The notes beneath the pieces are model-generated. The model saw nothing but the letters and a program-made list of their open reading frames with translations. It had not been told where the DNA came from and did no database searches. DNA of 64,000 nucleotides. Source: Candidatus Latescibacterota bacterium (GTDB lineage: Bacteria; Latescibacterota; UBA2968). Made by a program: the position numbers and the translations under genes. This document shows positions 1 to 9,782 of this stretch, piece by piece. Numbering within the stretch: the first letter of the stretch is position 1; the number at the start of each line of letters is the position of its first letter. The DNA lies in contig OZ251458.1 of assembly GCA_965242535.1 (NCBI GenBank), positions 926,399 through 990,398 of the forward strand, written 5' to 3'.

Positions 1-1191
1 GATGTCACGGTGGTCAATACGTGTACCGTGACCGGGCAAGGCGACGCGCAGTCGCGCAAGGCATTGCGTAGGGCGCATCGGCTTTCGCCCGAGGGCACGG
101 TCGTAGCCGTGGGGTGCTATGCCCAAACCGATCCGGATGCCCTGTCTCAAATGCCGGAAGTCGATTTGGTGGTCGGCACGGCCGAGCGCGTGCAACTTTT
201 GGATTTGATCAACGACACCTGTTCGTTGGGCCGAACCTTTGTCACGCGCAGTCGCACGGCTGATTTTCAGGATATGGATATTTACAATTTTGGCGGGCGC
301 GCGCGGGCCTTTGTCAAAATCCAAGAGGGGTGCAACGAGTTTTGCTCGTTCTGCATCATTCCGTTTGCGCGCGGGCGCAGTCGCAGCCGCACGTTGCAAA
401 GCGCGGTGTCGCAGGTGGAGAAGTTGGTGGATGCGGGCTATCGCGAGGTGGTGCTGACCGGGGTGCATATCGGGGATTACGGCGCGGATTTGGATGCGTG
501 CGCGTTGTTGCAGGTGCTCGAGGCTGTGGAGCAGATCGACGGATTGGAACGCTTTCGCGTCAGTTCTATCGAAGCCACGTACGTCACCGATGAGATGATC
601 GACTTTTTCGCGGCGAGCCAGAAATTTTGCCGGCATTTGCACATCCCCTTGCAAAGCGGGGACAATGGCATACTCGAGGCGATGCGCCGCCCCTACACGC
701 GGGAGCAATATATCGCGCTGATCGAAAAGGCGGCCGACCGCATGCCCGATGTGGGCATTGGCGGCGACGTGATGGTGGGCTTTCCCGGCGAGTCGGACGC
801 GGCGTTTCAAAATACGCGCGATTTGATCGCCCATCATCCCATGACGTATCTGCACGTATTTCCGTATTCCCCGCGCGGCAAAACGCCCGCGGCGCGCATG
901 AAAAATCAGGTCGATCCCCAAGTGAAAAAGCGACGCGGCGCGATCCTCCGCAAATTGGGGCAACAAAAGGTGGCGGCATTCCAAGCGCGGTTCATCGGAC
1001 AAACCCTGCCGGTGCTGTTTGAAAACCGTAGCAACGGGCAATTCTTACAAGGGCTGACCGACAATTACATCCGCGTGCTCGCGCCCGGCCCCGATGCTGC
1101 GTGCGAACAGATCGCGGATGCGCGCTTGCAACGAATCGAAGATGGCGTGGTCATCGGCGAGTTGACGGGGTTTGAGCGCAGTTGGAAATGA
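1..1191 (+). CDS. Radical-SAM methylthiotransferase, MiaB/MtaB family (5' end truncated by window edge)
   Basis: ORF is open to position 1. It has a CNEFCSFC radical-SAM CxxxCxxC motif, a UPF0004-like N-terminal region (VVGCYAQ) and a C-terminal TRAM-like tail. The layout looks MtaB-like but the subfamily is not resolved. Confidence 0.8.
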   Translation, partial: DVTVVNTCTVTGQGDAQSRKALRRAHRLSPEGTVVAVGCYAQTDPDALSQMPEVDLVVGTAERVQLLDLINDTCSLGRTFVTRSRTADFQDMDIYNFGGRARAFVKIQEGCNEFCSFCIIPFARGRSRSRTLQSAVSQVEKLVDAGYREVVLTGVHIGDYGADLDACALLQVLEAVEQIDGLERFRVSSIEATYVTDEMIDFFAASQKFCRHLHIPLQSGDNGILEAMRRPYTREQYIALIEKAADRMPDVGIGGDVMVGFPGESDAAFQNTRDLIAHHPMTYLHVFPYSPRGKTPAARMKNQVDPQVKKRRGAILRKLGQQKVAAFQARFIGQTLPVLFENRSNGQFLQGLTDNYIRVLAPGPDAACEQIADARLQRIEDGVVIGELTGFERSWK

Positions 1192-1364
1192 CCCTGACGG
1201 TCGCGCCGCACGGCGCCATAGGTGACGTCGGTGCTGTCGGTAGCATTAATCTATGGCAGATAGATGTGGCGAAGGGAAGTCGCTAAAAAAGCGTGTGGGA
1301 TTGGGCGCATTGGCACCTCCCACTTGTTTTGATTCTCCGCGCTCCCCAGCGTATTTTGCGAGCT

Positions 1365-2261
1365 ATGTCTAAGCCCTTCTCCCAAACTCGTGTGGTTGCT
1401 ATCGCAGAGGCGTATGCCCATTGCGAAGCACTCACCCGCGGCCACTACGAAAACTTTCCGGTTGGCTCGGTGCTCATTCCCAAATCCGTGCGCCCGCATG
1501 TGTATAGCATCTATGCGTTTGCGCGCACGGCTGACGACTTTGCCGATGAACCGGGCCTCGCGGCGCGGGAACGCCTCGTCCGCCTCGCGGATTGGGAAGC
1601 GCGGCTCGATGCGTGTCTCGCCCATCCCGATGGCCCGATATTTACGGCCCTTGCCGAAACCATCCGCGTACACGATTTACCCGTGCAATGGCTCAAAGAC
1701 TTGCTCGCGGCTTTTCGCATGGATGTCACCACGCATCGCCACCAAACGCACGAGGACTTGCTCGCGTATTGCGCCTGTTCCGCCAACCCCATCGGGCGGC
1801 TCATCCTGCATCTGTTTGGCTATCGCGGCGAGCACTACGCACGGCATTCAGACGCCTTGTGCAGCGCGCTTCAACTCGTCAACTTCTGGCAAGACATCGC
1901 CATCGACTTGTCGCGCGACCGCATTTACATCCCCCAAGACGACCTCGAGCGATTTGGCATCGGCATCTCAGACCTGCGCGATCAGCGCGTCACTCCGCAA
2001 TTTTGCAACCTCATGGACGCGCTCATCAGCCGCACAAACGCCCTCTTTCACGCGGGGTATCCTCTGCTAAATGCGGTGCATGGGCGATTGCGCTATGAAC
2101 TGCGATTGACCTATCTAGGCGGCATGCAAATTCTCAAAAAAATTCGCCGCAATGAGTATGATGTTTTTCGCCGTCGGCCCACCATCACAAAACGCGACGC
2201 GTTTGCCCTGTTGCTCAAAGCGTTTTTCAGCATGACGAGGAATGAGAGTAAGATGCGATGA
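1365..2261 (+). CDS. Squalene/phytoene synthase family protein (HpnC/HpnD-like)
   Basis: YENFPVGS motif, Asp-rich ARTADDFADE segment and FWQDIAIDLSRDRIYIPQDDL second Asp-rich region typical of trans-isoprenyl diphosphate synthase head-to-head family. ATG at 1365 follows an upstream extension that starts on a non-ATG codon. Confidence 0.75.
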   Translation: MSKPFSQTRVVAIAEAYAHCEALTRGHYENFPVGSVLIPKSVRPHVYSIYAFARTADDFADEPGLAARERLVRLADWEARLDACLAHPDGPIFTALAETIRVHDLPVQWLKDLLAAFRMDVTTHRHQTHEDLLAYCACSANPIGRLILHLFGYRGEHYARHSDALCSALQLVNFWQDIAIDLSRDRIYIPQDDLERFGIGISDLRDQRVTPQFCNLMDALISRTNALFHAGYPLLNAVHGRLRYELRLTYLGGMQILKKIRRNEYDVFRRRPTITKRDAFALLLKAFFSMTRNESKMR

Positions 2262-2427
2262 GCCACAAAAAGGCGCGTTCGCCCATTCGGCGATCCGTCT
2301 ATTTTTTTTTCGCCGTGCCAATATTTGTCTGCAAAATCCATGCGATCTGGGATCAGCCCTGTCCGACATCCCCAAACCCGACGCGCTTCGATGAATTGCC
2401 ATCGCAGGACCCTTTCCTTTGATTCGT

Positions 2428-2676
2428 TCATCCCATCCCCTTTGTGAAGACTTTTCCCTGGATGATTTTGTGCGCGGCTTGACCGCCGTACATTTTGAAC
2501 CGCGCAAATGCCCGTCCGCATTTTGGGCAGTGCATGTCGCCGCGGGTATGGTCTTCGGCGATGCGATCTAAAACGCACTTCACGAGCCGGCCGCGCCCGC
2601 CTTTGCGGTATTTGTACAGCAGGGTTTTGCATCTCGCGCAACAGATCGAAATGGTCCGAATATCTTTGCGTGCCAT
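2428..2676 (-). CDS. Small zinc-ribbon protein (hypothetical)
   Basis: 82 aa, basic, with CxxC...HCPKCG cysteine pairs. Only this strand is open in a short intergenic stretch. No family assignment possible. Confidence 0.35.
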   Translation of the reverse strand: MARKDIRTISICCARCKTLLYKYRKGGRGRLVKCVLDRIAEDHTRGDMHCPKCGRAFARFKMYGGQAAHKIIQGKVFTKGMG

Positions 2677-2705
2677 GGTCGAGGTCTCGATTGGGCTTGA
2701 GTAAA

Positions 2706-2772
2706 GTAAGGGCGTAATGTAAGGGCGTAATGTAAGGGCGTAATGTAAGGGCGTAAAATCTTACGCCCTTAC
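2706..2772. repeat. 4x tandem 13-mer GTAAGGGCGTAAT ending in a 28-bp palindrome GTAAGGGCGTAAAATCTTACGCCCTTAC
   Basis: Read directly. Lies in the divergent intergenic region between the small Zn-ribbon ORF and the large membrane protein gene. The same palindrome recurs at 13086. Confidence 0.9.
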
Positions 2773-2893
2773 CCGTACATGATAATCCCGCCATTGCAGA
2801 TTGGCAAATGAGTATGGGCGTAAGTTTTCGCCCTGTTCGTTTGACACCTCCAAGCGGGCGCGGTATATTGCGCGTTCAAATTTGGAGCACAGA

Positions 2894-4882
2894 ATGGCGA
2901 TAGCACAATCCGATCCGAAAATCCAACCGACCGAATCGCCGCGCATCACCGGGCGATCCATCCTGCTCGGTCTGTGTACCGCAGGCGCGATGGCGTATGC
3001 ACAAAACGTCCTCGAAATCGTGCTCCACGCGGGGTCCTTGGTCAAATCGAGTTTTCCCGTCGCCCTCATTTTGGGCTTTTTGCTGTGGGTGGTGATCAAC
3101 ATGGTCATCGCCCGCATCGCGCCGCGAGCCGTGCTCACGCGCCATGAAATGATGGTGATCTTCGCCACGATGTGGATCGTGGGCATGATGCCCGGCGTGG
3201 GTTGGATGGGCTATTTTATCGGCGCGTTGCCCGCGCCCCATTTTTTTGCCTCTCCAGAAAACCGCTGGGCCGAATTGTTTTTGGACGAATTGCCCGGTTG
3301 GGCCTTTCCCGAACCCACGCCTTGGATCGTGGACCGGTTCTATTTTGGTCTGCACACAGGCGAATACGTCCCCTGGACCGGCTGGATGCCATCCGTCTTG
3401 TGGTGGTTTTCCGGCGTGTTGGCCTTTATGGCCGCGGGGTTTTTTGTCCTCGCGATTTTTCACCGGCAATGGGCCGATGCCGAGCGCTTGACCTATCCCC
3501 TCGTCAATTTCCCGATGGATCTCATGGAGGGGTTTGGCGAAGGCCGCGCATTGCCCAAAATTTTCCGCGACCCGATCTTCTGGGCAGGCTTTGCGTGGAC
3601 CGCGGGCATTATCGGCTGGAACATCATCAACTTCTGGTTTCCCAACGTGCCGCGCATCACGCTTTTCGACAGCATCAACACCAAGTCCATGACCGTTGCA
3701 CAGAACTTTCCGCCCGTGTATTTGCGCGTCTTGCCCTTGGTGATCGGCCTCGGCTACTTGTGCAGTTTGGACTTGTTGTTCAGTTTCTGGTTCTTCGGCC
3801 TGCTCGCCGTGGTCAAGATGGGCGTCGTCAATCGCACCGGGTTCACGGTCGGATTGGAAGGGCAAGTCGCCACGGGCGGCGAGATCGTCAATTTGGAGAG
3901 CCACGGCGCGATGACGGTCTTGGTCGTCTGGTCCGTGTGGATCGCACGGCGACATCTCGCGCAGGTGGCGAAAACCGCATGGCGGGGAGACCGCGGCGAT
4001 GGCCCCATCGCCTATCGCTTTGCCGCGGTCGGCCTGATCGCGTCCGCGCTGTACCTCTGTTGCTTTTTTATGGCATTGGGCATGTCGCTTTTCCTAGCCG
4101 TCATCCACCTGCTGTTGATGTTCATCGCCTATTTTGCGACCTCCAAATTCATCGCCGCAAGTGGGTTTGGGTATCTCTTTCCGGTGTGGATCAAGGGATC
4201 GGGCTTCGTCAACGCCATTCTCGGCACGGCCACCCTATCCACGCGCGAAATGACCGCCATGCACTTGGTCAACAGCAGCGTGTTCTACGGCGGCGGGCGC
4301 ATTCAAACCATGCAGGTGCTACCCCATCATCTCAAAGCGATGGACGACGTGCCCGCAGAACGCGGCAAACAATGGACTACGGGCGTGGTCTTCATCGCGT
4401 TCACGATGGGCTTTTTCGTCTGCGCCGCCACCATCATTTACTACTGCTATCGAGACTCCGCGCTCTTTTTGCGTTCCTGGACCCTGTGGGAAGGCCCCTT
4501 GGGCATTTTTGGCGGGATCGGGCGCGCCTTGGGCGAAACGGAAAAAACGTCTTTTGATCCCCAAAAACTCGGCATCTGGCTGTTGGGCGCGGGGATAGCC
4601 GCATTGTTGGCGGGCCTGCGGACGTGGTTCCCGTGGTGGCCGCTGCACCCCTTGGGCTTGGCGTTTCAATACACCACCGGCCCGCGCTACTACGCCTTGA
4701 GCATTTTGATGGTGTGGGCGGCCAAACTCCTCATCGTCAACTTGGGCGGCCCTCGCCTGTACGACCGCGCAAAGCCCTTTTTTTATGGCACGGTAATCGG
4801 CTATTGCACGGGCATCGGCGTCGGCATGGTGATCGATCTGATCTGGTTCCCCGGCTCCGGGCACGGGTTCCACAATTTCTGA
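2894..4882 (+). CDS. Large polytopic integral membrane protein of unknown function (662 aa, more than 12 predicted TM segments)
   Basis: Long hydrophobic segments throughout and Trp/Gly-rich loops. ATG at 2894 is preceded by a TGGAG ribosome-binding site. The upstream 31 codons of the tracked ORF lack a start context. Confidence 0.6.
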   Translation: MAIAQSDPKIQPTESPRITGRSILLGLCTAGAMAYAQNVLEIVLHAGSLVKSSFPVALILGFLLWVVINMVIARIAPRAVLTRHEMMVIFATMWIVGMMPGVGWMGYFIGALPAPHFFASPENRWAELFLDELPGWAFPEPTPWIVDRFYFGLHTGEYVPWTGWMPSVLWWFSGVLAFMAAGFFVLAIFHRQWADAERLTYPLVNFPMDLMEGFGEGRALPKIFRDPIFWAGFAWTAGIIGWNIINFWFPNVPRITLFDSINTKSMTVAQNFPPVYLRVLPLVIGLGYLCSLDLLFSFWFFGLLAVVKMGVVNRTGFTVGLEGQVATGGEIVNLESHGAMTVLVVWSVWIARRHLAQVAKTAWRGDRGDGPIAYRFAAVGLIASALYLCCFFMALGMSLFLAVIHLLLMFIAYFATSKFIAASGFGYLFPVWIKGSGFVNAILGTATLSTREMTAMHLVNSSVFYGGGRIQTMQVLPHHLKAMDDVPAERGKQWTTGVVFIAFTMGFFVCAATIIYYCYRDSALFLRSWTLWEGPLGIFGGIGRALGETEKTSFDPQKLGIWLLGAGIAALLAGLRTWFPWWPLHPLGLAFQYTTGPRYYALSILMVWAAKLLIVNLGGPRLYDRAKPFFYGTVIGYCTGIGVGMVIDLIWFPGSGHGFHNF

Positions 4883-5162
4883 TTCGCGACCCACGAGCAA
4901 AATTTCCCAAGAACGCCGCTTTGATAGATAAGACAGGAACAAAAAACCTTGAAATACGGGCGATTATTCGAGAAGCAGGTCTGACTCGTTCGAGCGTTCA
5001 GAACCCTCTCGTAAGTCCGACTGCGCGGCGTGCGATGGCATCATGGAGGCCGCGCTCGAGCGGGTCTATCGCGCTGCTCGAAAGCGATATTGACAAGCCG
5101 ATCAAAAACCATTTTCTTTTTTCATCCAAATGAAAAATACAACTCGCGCAAGGAGTTCAATC

Positions 5163-6323
5163 GTGGCATTTCGAGATCACTTTGGTTATTACGGCCCGAC
5201 GCGCCTCGTCATGGGGCGCGGTACGGTCCGCGAGATCGGGCAAATCGCGCGTGAAGCGCGGGTGCAAAAGGCGCAGATCGTCACGGACGAGGGCCTCGTC
5301 GCGGCGGGCGTCGTGGCTCGCGTTACAGAGGTGCTCGACGACACGCGCATCGCGTACAGCATCTACGACGGCGTCGAACCCAATCCGCCCATTCGCAATG
5401 TGGAAGCATGCGCGGCGCAATACCGGGCGGAAAACTGCGATTTTCTGCTCGCTATCGGCGGCGGCTCTTCGATGGATGTCGCCAAAACCGCGGGCGTGCT
5501 CGTCAATCACGGCGGCAAAATCACCGATTATTTCATCGGGGAAAAACCCGTTCCCGGCCCCATTCCCTTTCTCTTATGCGTGCCCACCACGTATGGCACG
5601 GCGAGCGAAGTCACGCCCTTTGCCGTGATTACGGACGACAACCATTTCAAAGGCACTGTGCCAGGCCCACATGTCATGCCGAATGTGGGCATCCTCGACG
5701 CGGACATGGCCGTTGCCTTGCCCCTGCCCATCGCCGCGGCGACCGGCATGGACGCCCTCACGCACGCCATCGAATCCCATGTTTCCCTGTTGTCCAACCC
5801 CATTTCCGAGGGCATGGCCCTGCACGCCATTCGCCTCATCTCGCAAAACCTGCGCCAAGCCGCGTACAGCGACCACAACCACGAAGCCACGCAAAACATG
5901 CTCGCGGCGAGCACGATGGCCGGGTTTGCCTTTTCGCAAACGCGCTTGGGCAATGTCCATGCGATGTCGCATCCGGTCGGTGGGCACTACGGGGTGCCGC
6001 ATGGCGTTGCCAACGCGATTTTGCTCACGCGCATCATGGCGTACAACCGCTGTGCCTGCCCGGAAAAATTCGCGGATATCGCGGTCGCAATGGGCGAAGA
6101 TGTGGATGGCTTAAGCGCGGTCGACGCATCCGTGCTCGCGGTCGAAGCCGTGCAAAAGCTGTCTGACGACGTGGGCATTCCCGCCACGTTGACCGCCGCA
6201 GGCGCCAAAGCCACAGGCGTACAAGTGATGGCCGAGGACGCCATGAAAAGCGGCAATATCCAAGTCAATCCGCGCAAAACCGCGATCGAAGACGTGATCG
6301 CCCTGTACCAAGCATCCATGTAA
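5163..6323 (+). CDS. Iron-containing alcohol dehydrogenase (Fe-ADH family)
   Basis: GGGSSMDVAK NAD-binding motif and the metal-binding histidine region (HAIESHVS ... HAMSHPVGGHYGVPHG). GTG at 5163 is 7 nt after an AAGGAG ribosome-binding site. The ORF tracked from 5130 probably over-extends. Confidence 0.85.
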   Translation: MAFRDHFGYYGPTRLVMGRGTVREIGQIAREARVQKAQIVTDEGLVAAGVVARVTEVLDDTRIAYSIYDGVEPNPPIRNVEACAAQYRAENCDFLLAIGGGSSMDVAKTAGVLVNHGGKITDYFIGEKPVPGPIPFLLCVPTTYGTASEVTPFAVITDDNHFKGTVPGPHVMPNVGILDADMAVALPLPIAAATGMDALTHAIESHVSLLSNPISEGMALHAIRLISQNLRQAAYSDHNHEATQNMLAASTMAGFAFSQTRLGNVHAMSHPVGGHYGVPHGVANAILLTRIMAYNRCACPEKFADIAVAMGEDVDGLSAVDASVLAVEAVQKLSDDVGIPATLTAAGAKATGVQVMAEDAMKSGNIQVNPRKTAIEDVIALYQASM

Positions 6324-6335
6324 TGGAGGATCAAC

Positions 6336-7643
6336 ATGCCGACTTACCCCAATATGTTCCGCATTCGCCAGCACTTCGACGCGCCGCGCATCGACGACAT
6401 CGCGTCTGCCGTGCGCGGCGAAATCGCCAAACTCGATCCCGGTGCCACCATCGCCCCCGGCCAAACCGTGGCCATTGCCGCGGGCAGCCGGGGCGTGGCG
6501 AATATCGACGCCATCATCAAGACCATCGTGGAAGAAATGCAGGCCATTGGCGCGGCCCCGTACATCGTGCCCGCGATGGGCTCCCACGGCGGCGGCACAG
6601 CCGAAGGCCAAACCCAGGTCTTGGCCGGCTATGGCATCACCGAACGCGCGATGGGTTGCCCGATCAAATCGTCGATGGAGGTCGTGCAGATCGGGGTGTC
6701 GGATTTCGGCATGCCCATCTACTTCGACCGCCATGCCTCTGAAGCCGATCACATCGTCGTGGTCAACCGCATCAAGCCGCACACGGGATTCGCAGGCGAA
6801 ATCGAGAGCGGCCTGATGAAAATGATGCTCATCGGCTTGGGCAAGCACAAAGGCGCGGCCGTGTATCACCGCGCCATCATCCACCACTCGTTCGACAAAA
6901 TCGTGCGCTTGGTCGGTCGAGTCGTATGCCGGGAAATGCCCATTGCCTTTGGCGTGGCAACCCTCGAAAACGGCTATGACGAAACCGCGCTCGTCGAAGC
7001 CATCCCCGCATCGGACTTCGAAGCGCGGGAAAAAGTGCTTCAGGCCCAATCCAAGGTGTGGTGCCCCGCGTTGCCCTTTGACGATGTCGATCTGCTCATC
7101 ATCGACGAAATGGGCAAAGACATTTCCGGCGCGGGCATGGACACCAACGTCATCGGCCGCAAGCGCAACGACCGCCGCGCAATGGGCGATGAAACCCCCC
7201 GCGTGTTGCGAATTTTCGTGCGCGACCTCACCGAAGCCACGCACGGCAATGCCACGGGCTTGGGCATGGCCGAGTTCACCACGCGCCGCCTCGTGGATAA
7301 AATCGACTACCACGCCACCTATACCAACGTCATCACCGGGCAACACGTTTCGGCAGGCGCGATTCCCCTGCACTGCGACACCGATGCCGAAGTCCTCGAT
7401 ATCGCCCTGGAATCCCTCGGCCTCATCGCGCCGGAAGACGCCCGCGTGGTCTGGATTCCCAACACCCTCAACTTGGGCGAAGTCGAGGCGTCCGAAGCCT
7501 ATTGGGCGCACGCCGACATCCGGGACGACCTCGAAATCCTCACGGACTTGCGCCCCCTCGCAACCGAAGCCGACGGCAACTTGCCGTCCATCGAAGCCTA
7601 CCGCGACCGCGTGCCCGCAGGCGAACTCGCGTTTGCGGATTGA
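6336..7643 (+). CDS. LarA-like (lactate racemase N-terminal domain / DUF2088) family protein, putative
   Basis: Length of 435 aa and an H-x-GFAG...SG..K...H segment (IKPHTGFAGEIESGLMKMMLIGLGKHKGAAVYH) resemble the LarA catalytic core. Strong GGAGGA ribosome-binding site. No larB/C/E nearby. Assignment is by recall only. Confidence 0.45.
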   Translation: MPTYPNMFRIRQHFDAPRIDDIASAVRGEIAKLDPGATIAPGQTVAIAAGSRGVANIDAIIKTIVEEMQAIGAAPYIVPAMGSHGGGTAEGQTQVLAGYGITERAMGCPIKSSMEVVQIGVSDFGMPIYFDRHASEADHIVVVNRIKPHTGFAGEIESGLMKMMLIGLGKHKGAAVYHRAIIHHSFDKIVRLVGRVVCREMPIAFGVATLENGYDETALVEAIPASDFEAREKVLQAQSKVWCPALPFDDVDLLIIDEMGKDISGAGMDTNVIGRKRNDRRAMGDETPRVLRIFVRDLTEATHGNATGLGMAEFTTRRLVDKIDYHATYTNVITGQHVSAGAIPLHCDTDAEVLDIALESLGLIAPEDARVVWIPNTLNLGEVEASEAYWAHADIRDDLEILTDLRPLATEADGNLPSIEAYRDRVPAGELAFAD

Positions 7644-7813
7644 GAAATGCGTCGCCTGGTCGAAGGCTCTGCAACTGGGGTGAACCGTTAGGTGATGCCC
7701 GCCTTGGCTCTATGCGTTTTTTTGATCAGATATGAAAATGGCGGATTCGTCATTGAGCCGATTGCGTTTGGCAAAGACCTGAACGCAATTTTTGCTTTGT
7801 GTGCCTTTGTAAA

Positions 7814-8773
7814 ATGTCCGAACTATTGAATCTAAATCATTTTCAAAAAACCGCGATCGCGACGCTCATTGCGATTCTCGTCCTCATCGGCGTCGGCAGT
7901 CTCGTGCGCGTTTCGGGCGCGGGATTGGGGTGTCCCGATTGGCCCAAGTGCTGGGGCTGTTGGTTTCCGCCATCGAGCGTTGATGAAATTGACAAAAATT
8001 ATCTGGCAGAACGCGGGCTGGACATCGCGGACTTCAACGCGGTCAAGATGTGGATCGAGTACGGCAATCGCTTGGTCGGCGTGCTCATCGGGGTGCTGGT
8101 CATCGCCACGTTTTTGCGCGCGATCCCGCATCGACGAACCCATCCCGCGATTTTCTACGGGTCGCTCATGGCGGTCTTGCTCGTCGGCTTTGAAGGCTGG
8201 CTCGGCGGGCAGGTCGTCAAATCGGGCCTCAAGCCCGGGGTCATTACCCTGCACATGGCCGGCGCGATGGCGCTCTTGTGTCTGTTGCTCTACGTCACTT
8301 TTCACGCGGTTGACATCCGCCTGCCCGATTCGTTGCCCGCCCCCAAAGTGCTCGCTCGGCTCTCTGGCGTGCTCTTTGCCGCGATCTGCATTCAGATGCT
8401 GCTCGGCACGCAGGTGCGCGAAGCCATCGATCCCTACATCAAAAACAGCGGCGGGGTCGCTCGCAGCGCGTGGATAGCCAATGTCGGCCTTTTCGATCAC
8501 ATCCACCGCTCGTTCACCTGGGGGGTGGTTGCCATCGCCGCCTATCTCGCGTACATCGTCCGCAAGCTCGGCGGCGTGCTCAAAATGACGTGTTATCTCG
8601 CGCTGGCACTCATTCTTTGCCAAGCGGGCTCCGGCATTGTCTTGGCGTACGGGGGCTTGCCCCGGGTGTTTCAAGTGCTCCACCTCGTCAATTCGGCGAT
8701 GCTGATCTGCGCGACCTACGCGCTTTGGCTCATTCTGAAAACGGCACATCTCAACACAGGGAGGTCTTTGTGA
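7814..8773 (+). CDS. ctaA: Heme A synthase (COX15/CtaA family)
   Basis: Signature GAGLGCPDWPKCWG motif, multiple TM helices and the conserved His in HMAGAM. Confidence 0.85.
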   Translation: MSELLNLNHFQKTAIATLIAILVLIGVGSLVRVSGAGLGCPDWPKCWGCWFPPSSVDEIDKNYLAERGLDIADFNAVKMWIEYGNRLVGVLIGVLVIATFLRAIPHRRTHPAIFYGSLMAVLLVGFEGWLGGQVVKSGLKPGVITLHMAGAMALLCLLLYVTFHAVDIRLPDSLPAPKVLARLSGVLFAAICIQMLLGTQVREAIDPYIKNSGGVARSAWIANVGLFDHIHRSFTWGVVAIAAYLAYIVRKLGGVLKMTCYLALALILCQAGSGIVLAYGGLPRVFQVLHLVNSAMLICATYALWLILKTAHLNTGRSL

Positions 8774-9729
8774 AAATTTCCGTGTGGCACCGCGAACTGT
8801 CCGACTCCTATCTCCGCTTCGTCACGCAACTCGGCGCGGACTGCATCGACTTTGGGCGCGATGAGGATTTTCCCGGCGTCGCCGAACAGGGGTATCCGGA
8901 CCTGGACGCGCTCCTCAAAATCCAAAAGAAATTCCAATCCTGGGGCCTGGCGATCAACCGCGTCACCTTGCCCGATGTGTCGGAAAAATTTATGACCGAC
9001 CGACCCGGCGGGGAACGAGAACTCGAAAATACGTGTCGGGCCCTGCGCGTCTTTGCCGAAGCGGGCGTGCCCATTGCCCGCCAACGCTTTTGGGGCGACA
9101 CGTTCAACGCGCTCATGTTTCGCTATTCCTCCGAACACCGAGGCGGGTACCGCTCGCGCGGCGAGAGCCGGGATCTGACCCGTCCCGTGCCCGAAACGCC
9201 CGATTACGACGCCCTGCAAAACTGGTGGCAACACTTTTGCGCGGTCTATGAACGCCTCGTGCCCATCGCCGAGGAGACCGGCATCAAGCTCGCGATTCAC
9301 CCGTCCGACACGCCCAACCCGGACACGCCGCTTGGGGGACTGGGATTTCACCGGGTCATCGACGCGTTCCCGAGCCGGCAAGTGGGCTATCTCTACTGCT
9401 GTGGCACGCGCGCCGAAGCGGGCGGCTCCCCGCTCGTGCTCGACGAAATCAACAACTACGGCCGCAAGGGCCGCATCTTCATGGTGCATTTCCGCAACGT
9501 GCGCGGCTCGTTGGCCACGGCGCGCGGTTTTGAGGAAACCCTGCTCGACGATGGCGATATGAACATGTTTAAGCTCTTGCTCGAACTCGACCGCGTGGGA
9601 TTTGACGGCTGCCTCAATCCGGACCACATTCCCGCGCTCGAGGGCGATCATCCCCCGCTCACCGGGGGCTTGGCATACTCCGTGGGCTACATCAAAGCCC
9701 TGTTCGCGGCCATGGCGGCCCTGCCGTAA
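8770..9729 (+). CDS. Mannonate dehydratase (UxuA)-like / xylose-isomerase-like TIM-barrel protein
   Basis: AIHPSDTPNP, IFMVHFRNVRGS and LNPDH motifs parallel the UxuA AVHPDDPP / IYFTHLR / RPDHGH blocks. GTG start overlaps the ctaA stop as GTGA. Confidence 0.6.
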   Translation: MKISVWHRELSDSYLRFVTQLGADCIDFGRDEDFPGVAEQGYPDLDALLKIQKKFQSWGLAINRVTLPDVSEKFMTDRPGGERELENTCRALRVFAEAGVPIARQRFWGDTFNALMFRYSSEHRGGYRSRGESRDLTRPVPETPDYDALQNWWQHFCAVYERLVPIAEETGIKLAIHPSDTPNPDTPLGGLGFHRVIDAFPSRQVGYLYCCGTRAEAGGSPLVLDEINNYGRKGRIFMVHFRNVRGSLATARGFEETLLDDGDMNMFKLLLELDRVGFDGCLNPDHIPALEGDHPPLTGGLAYSVGYIKALFAAMAALP

Positions 9730-9782
9730 TGCGACCGCTTGACAAGGGCAGGGGGATTTGATATATTGGTTTTGCGTCGGGT

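Noticed and set aside
1293-1364. Upstream extension of the squalene-synthase-family ORF
   Set aside because: The extension begins on a non-ATG codon, has a Trp/His-rich translation and no ribosome-binding site. The ATG at 1365 starts the conserved region.
2876-3955. 359-aa minus-strand ORF
   Set aside because: Lies wholly antisense inside the large membrane-protein gene. It has Asp/Gly/His/Arg-rich low-complexity translation typical of spurious ORFs in GC-rich DNA.
6111-7511. 466-aa minus-strand ORF
   Set aside because: Antisense to the LarA-like gene, which has a strong ribosome-binding site and a coherent domain pattern. The translation is Gly/Asp/His-rich and low complexity.
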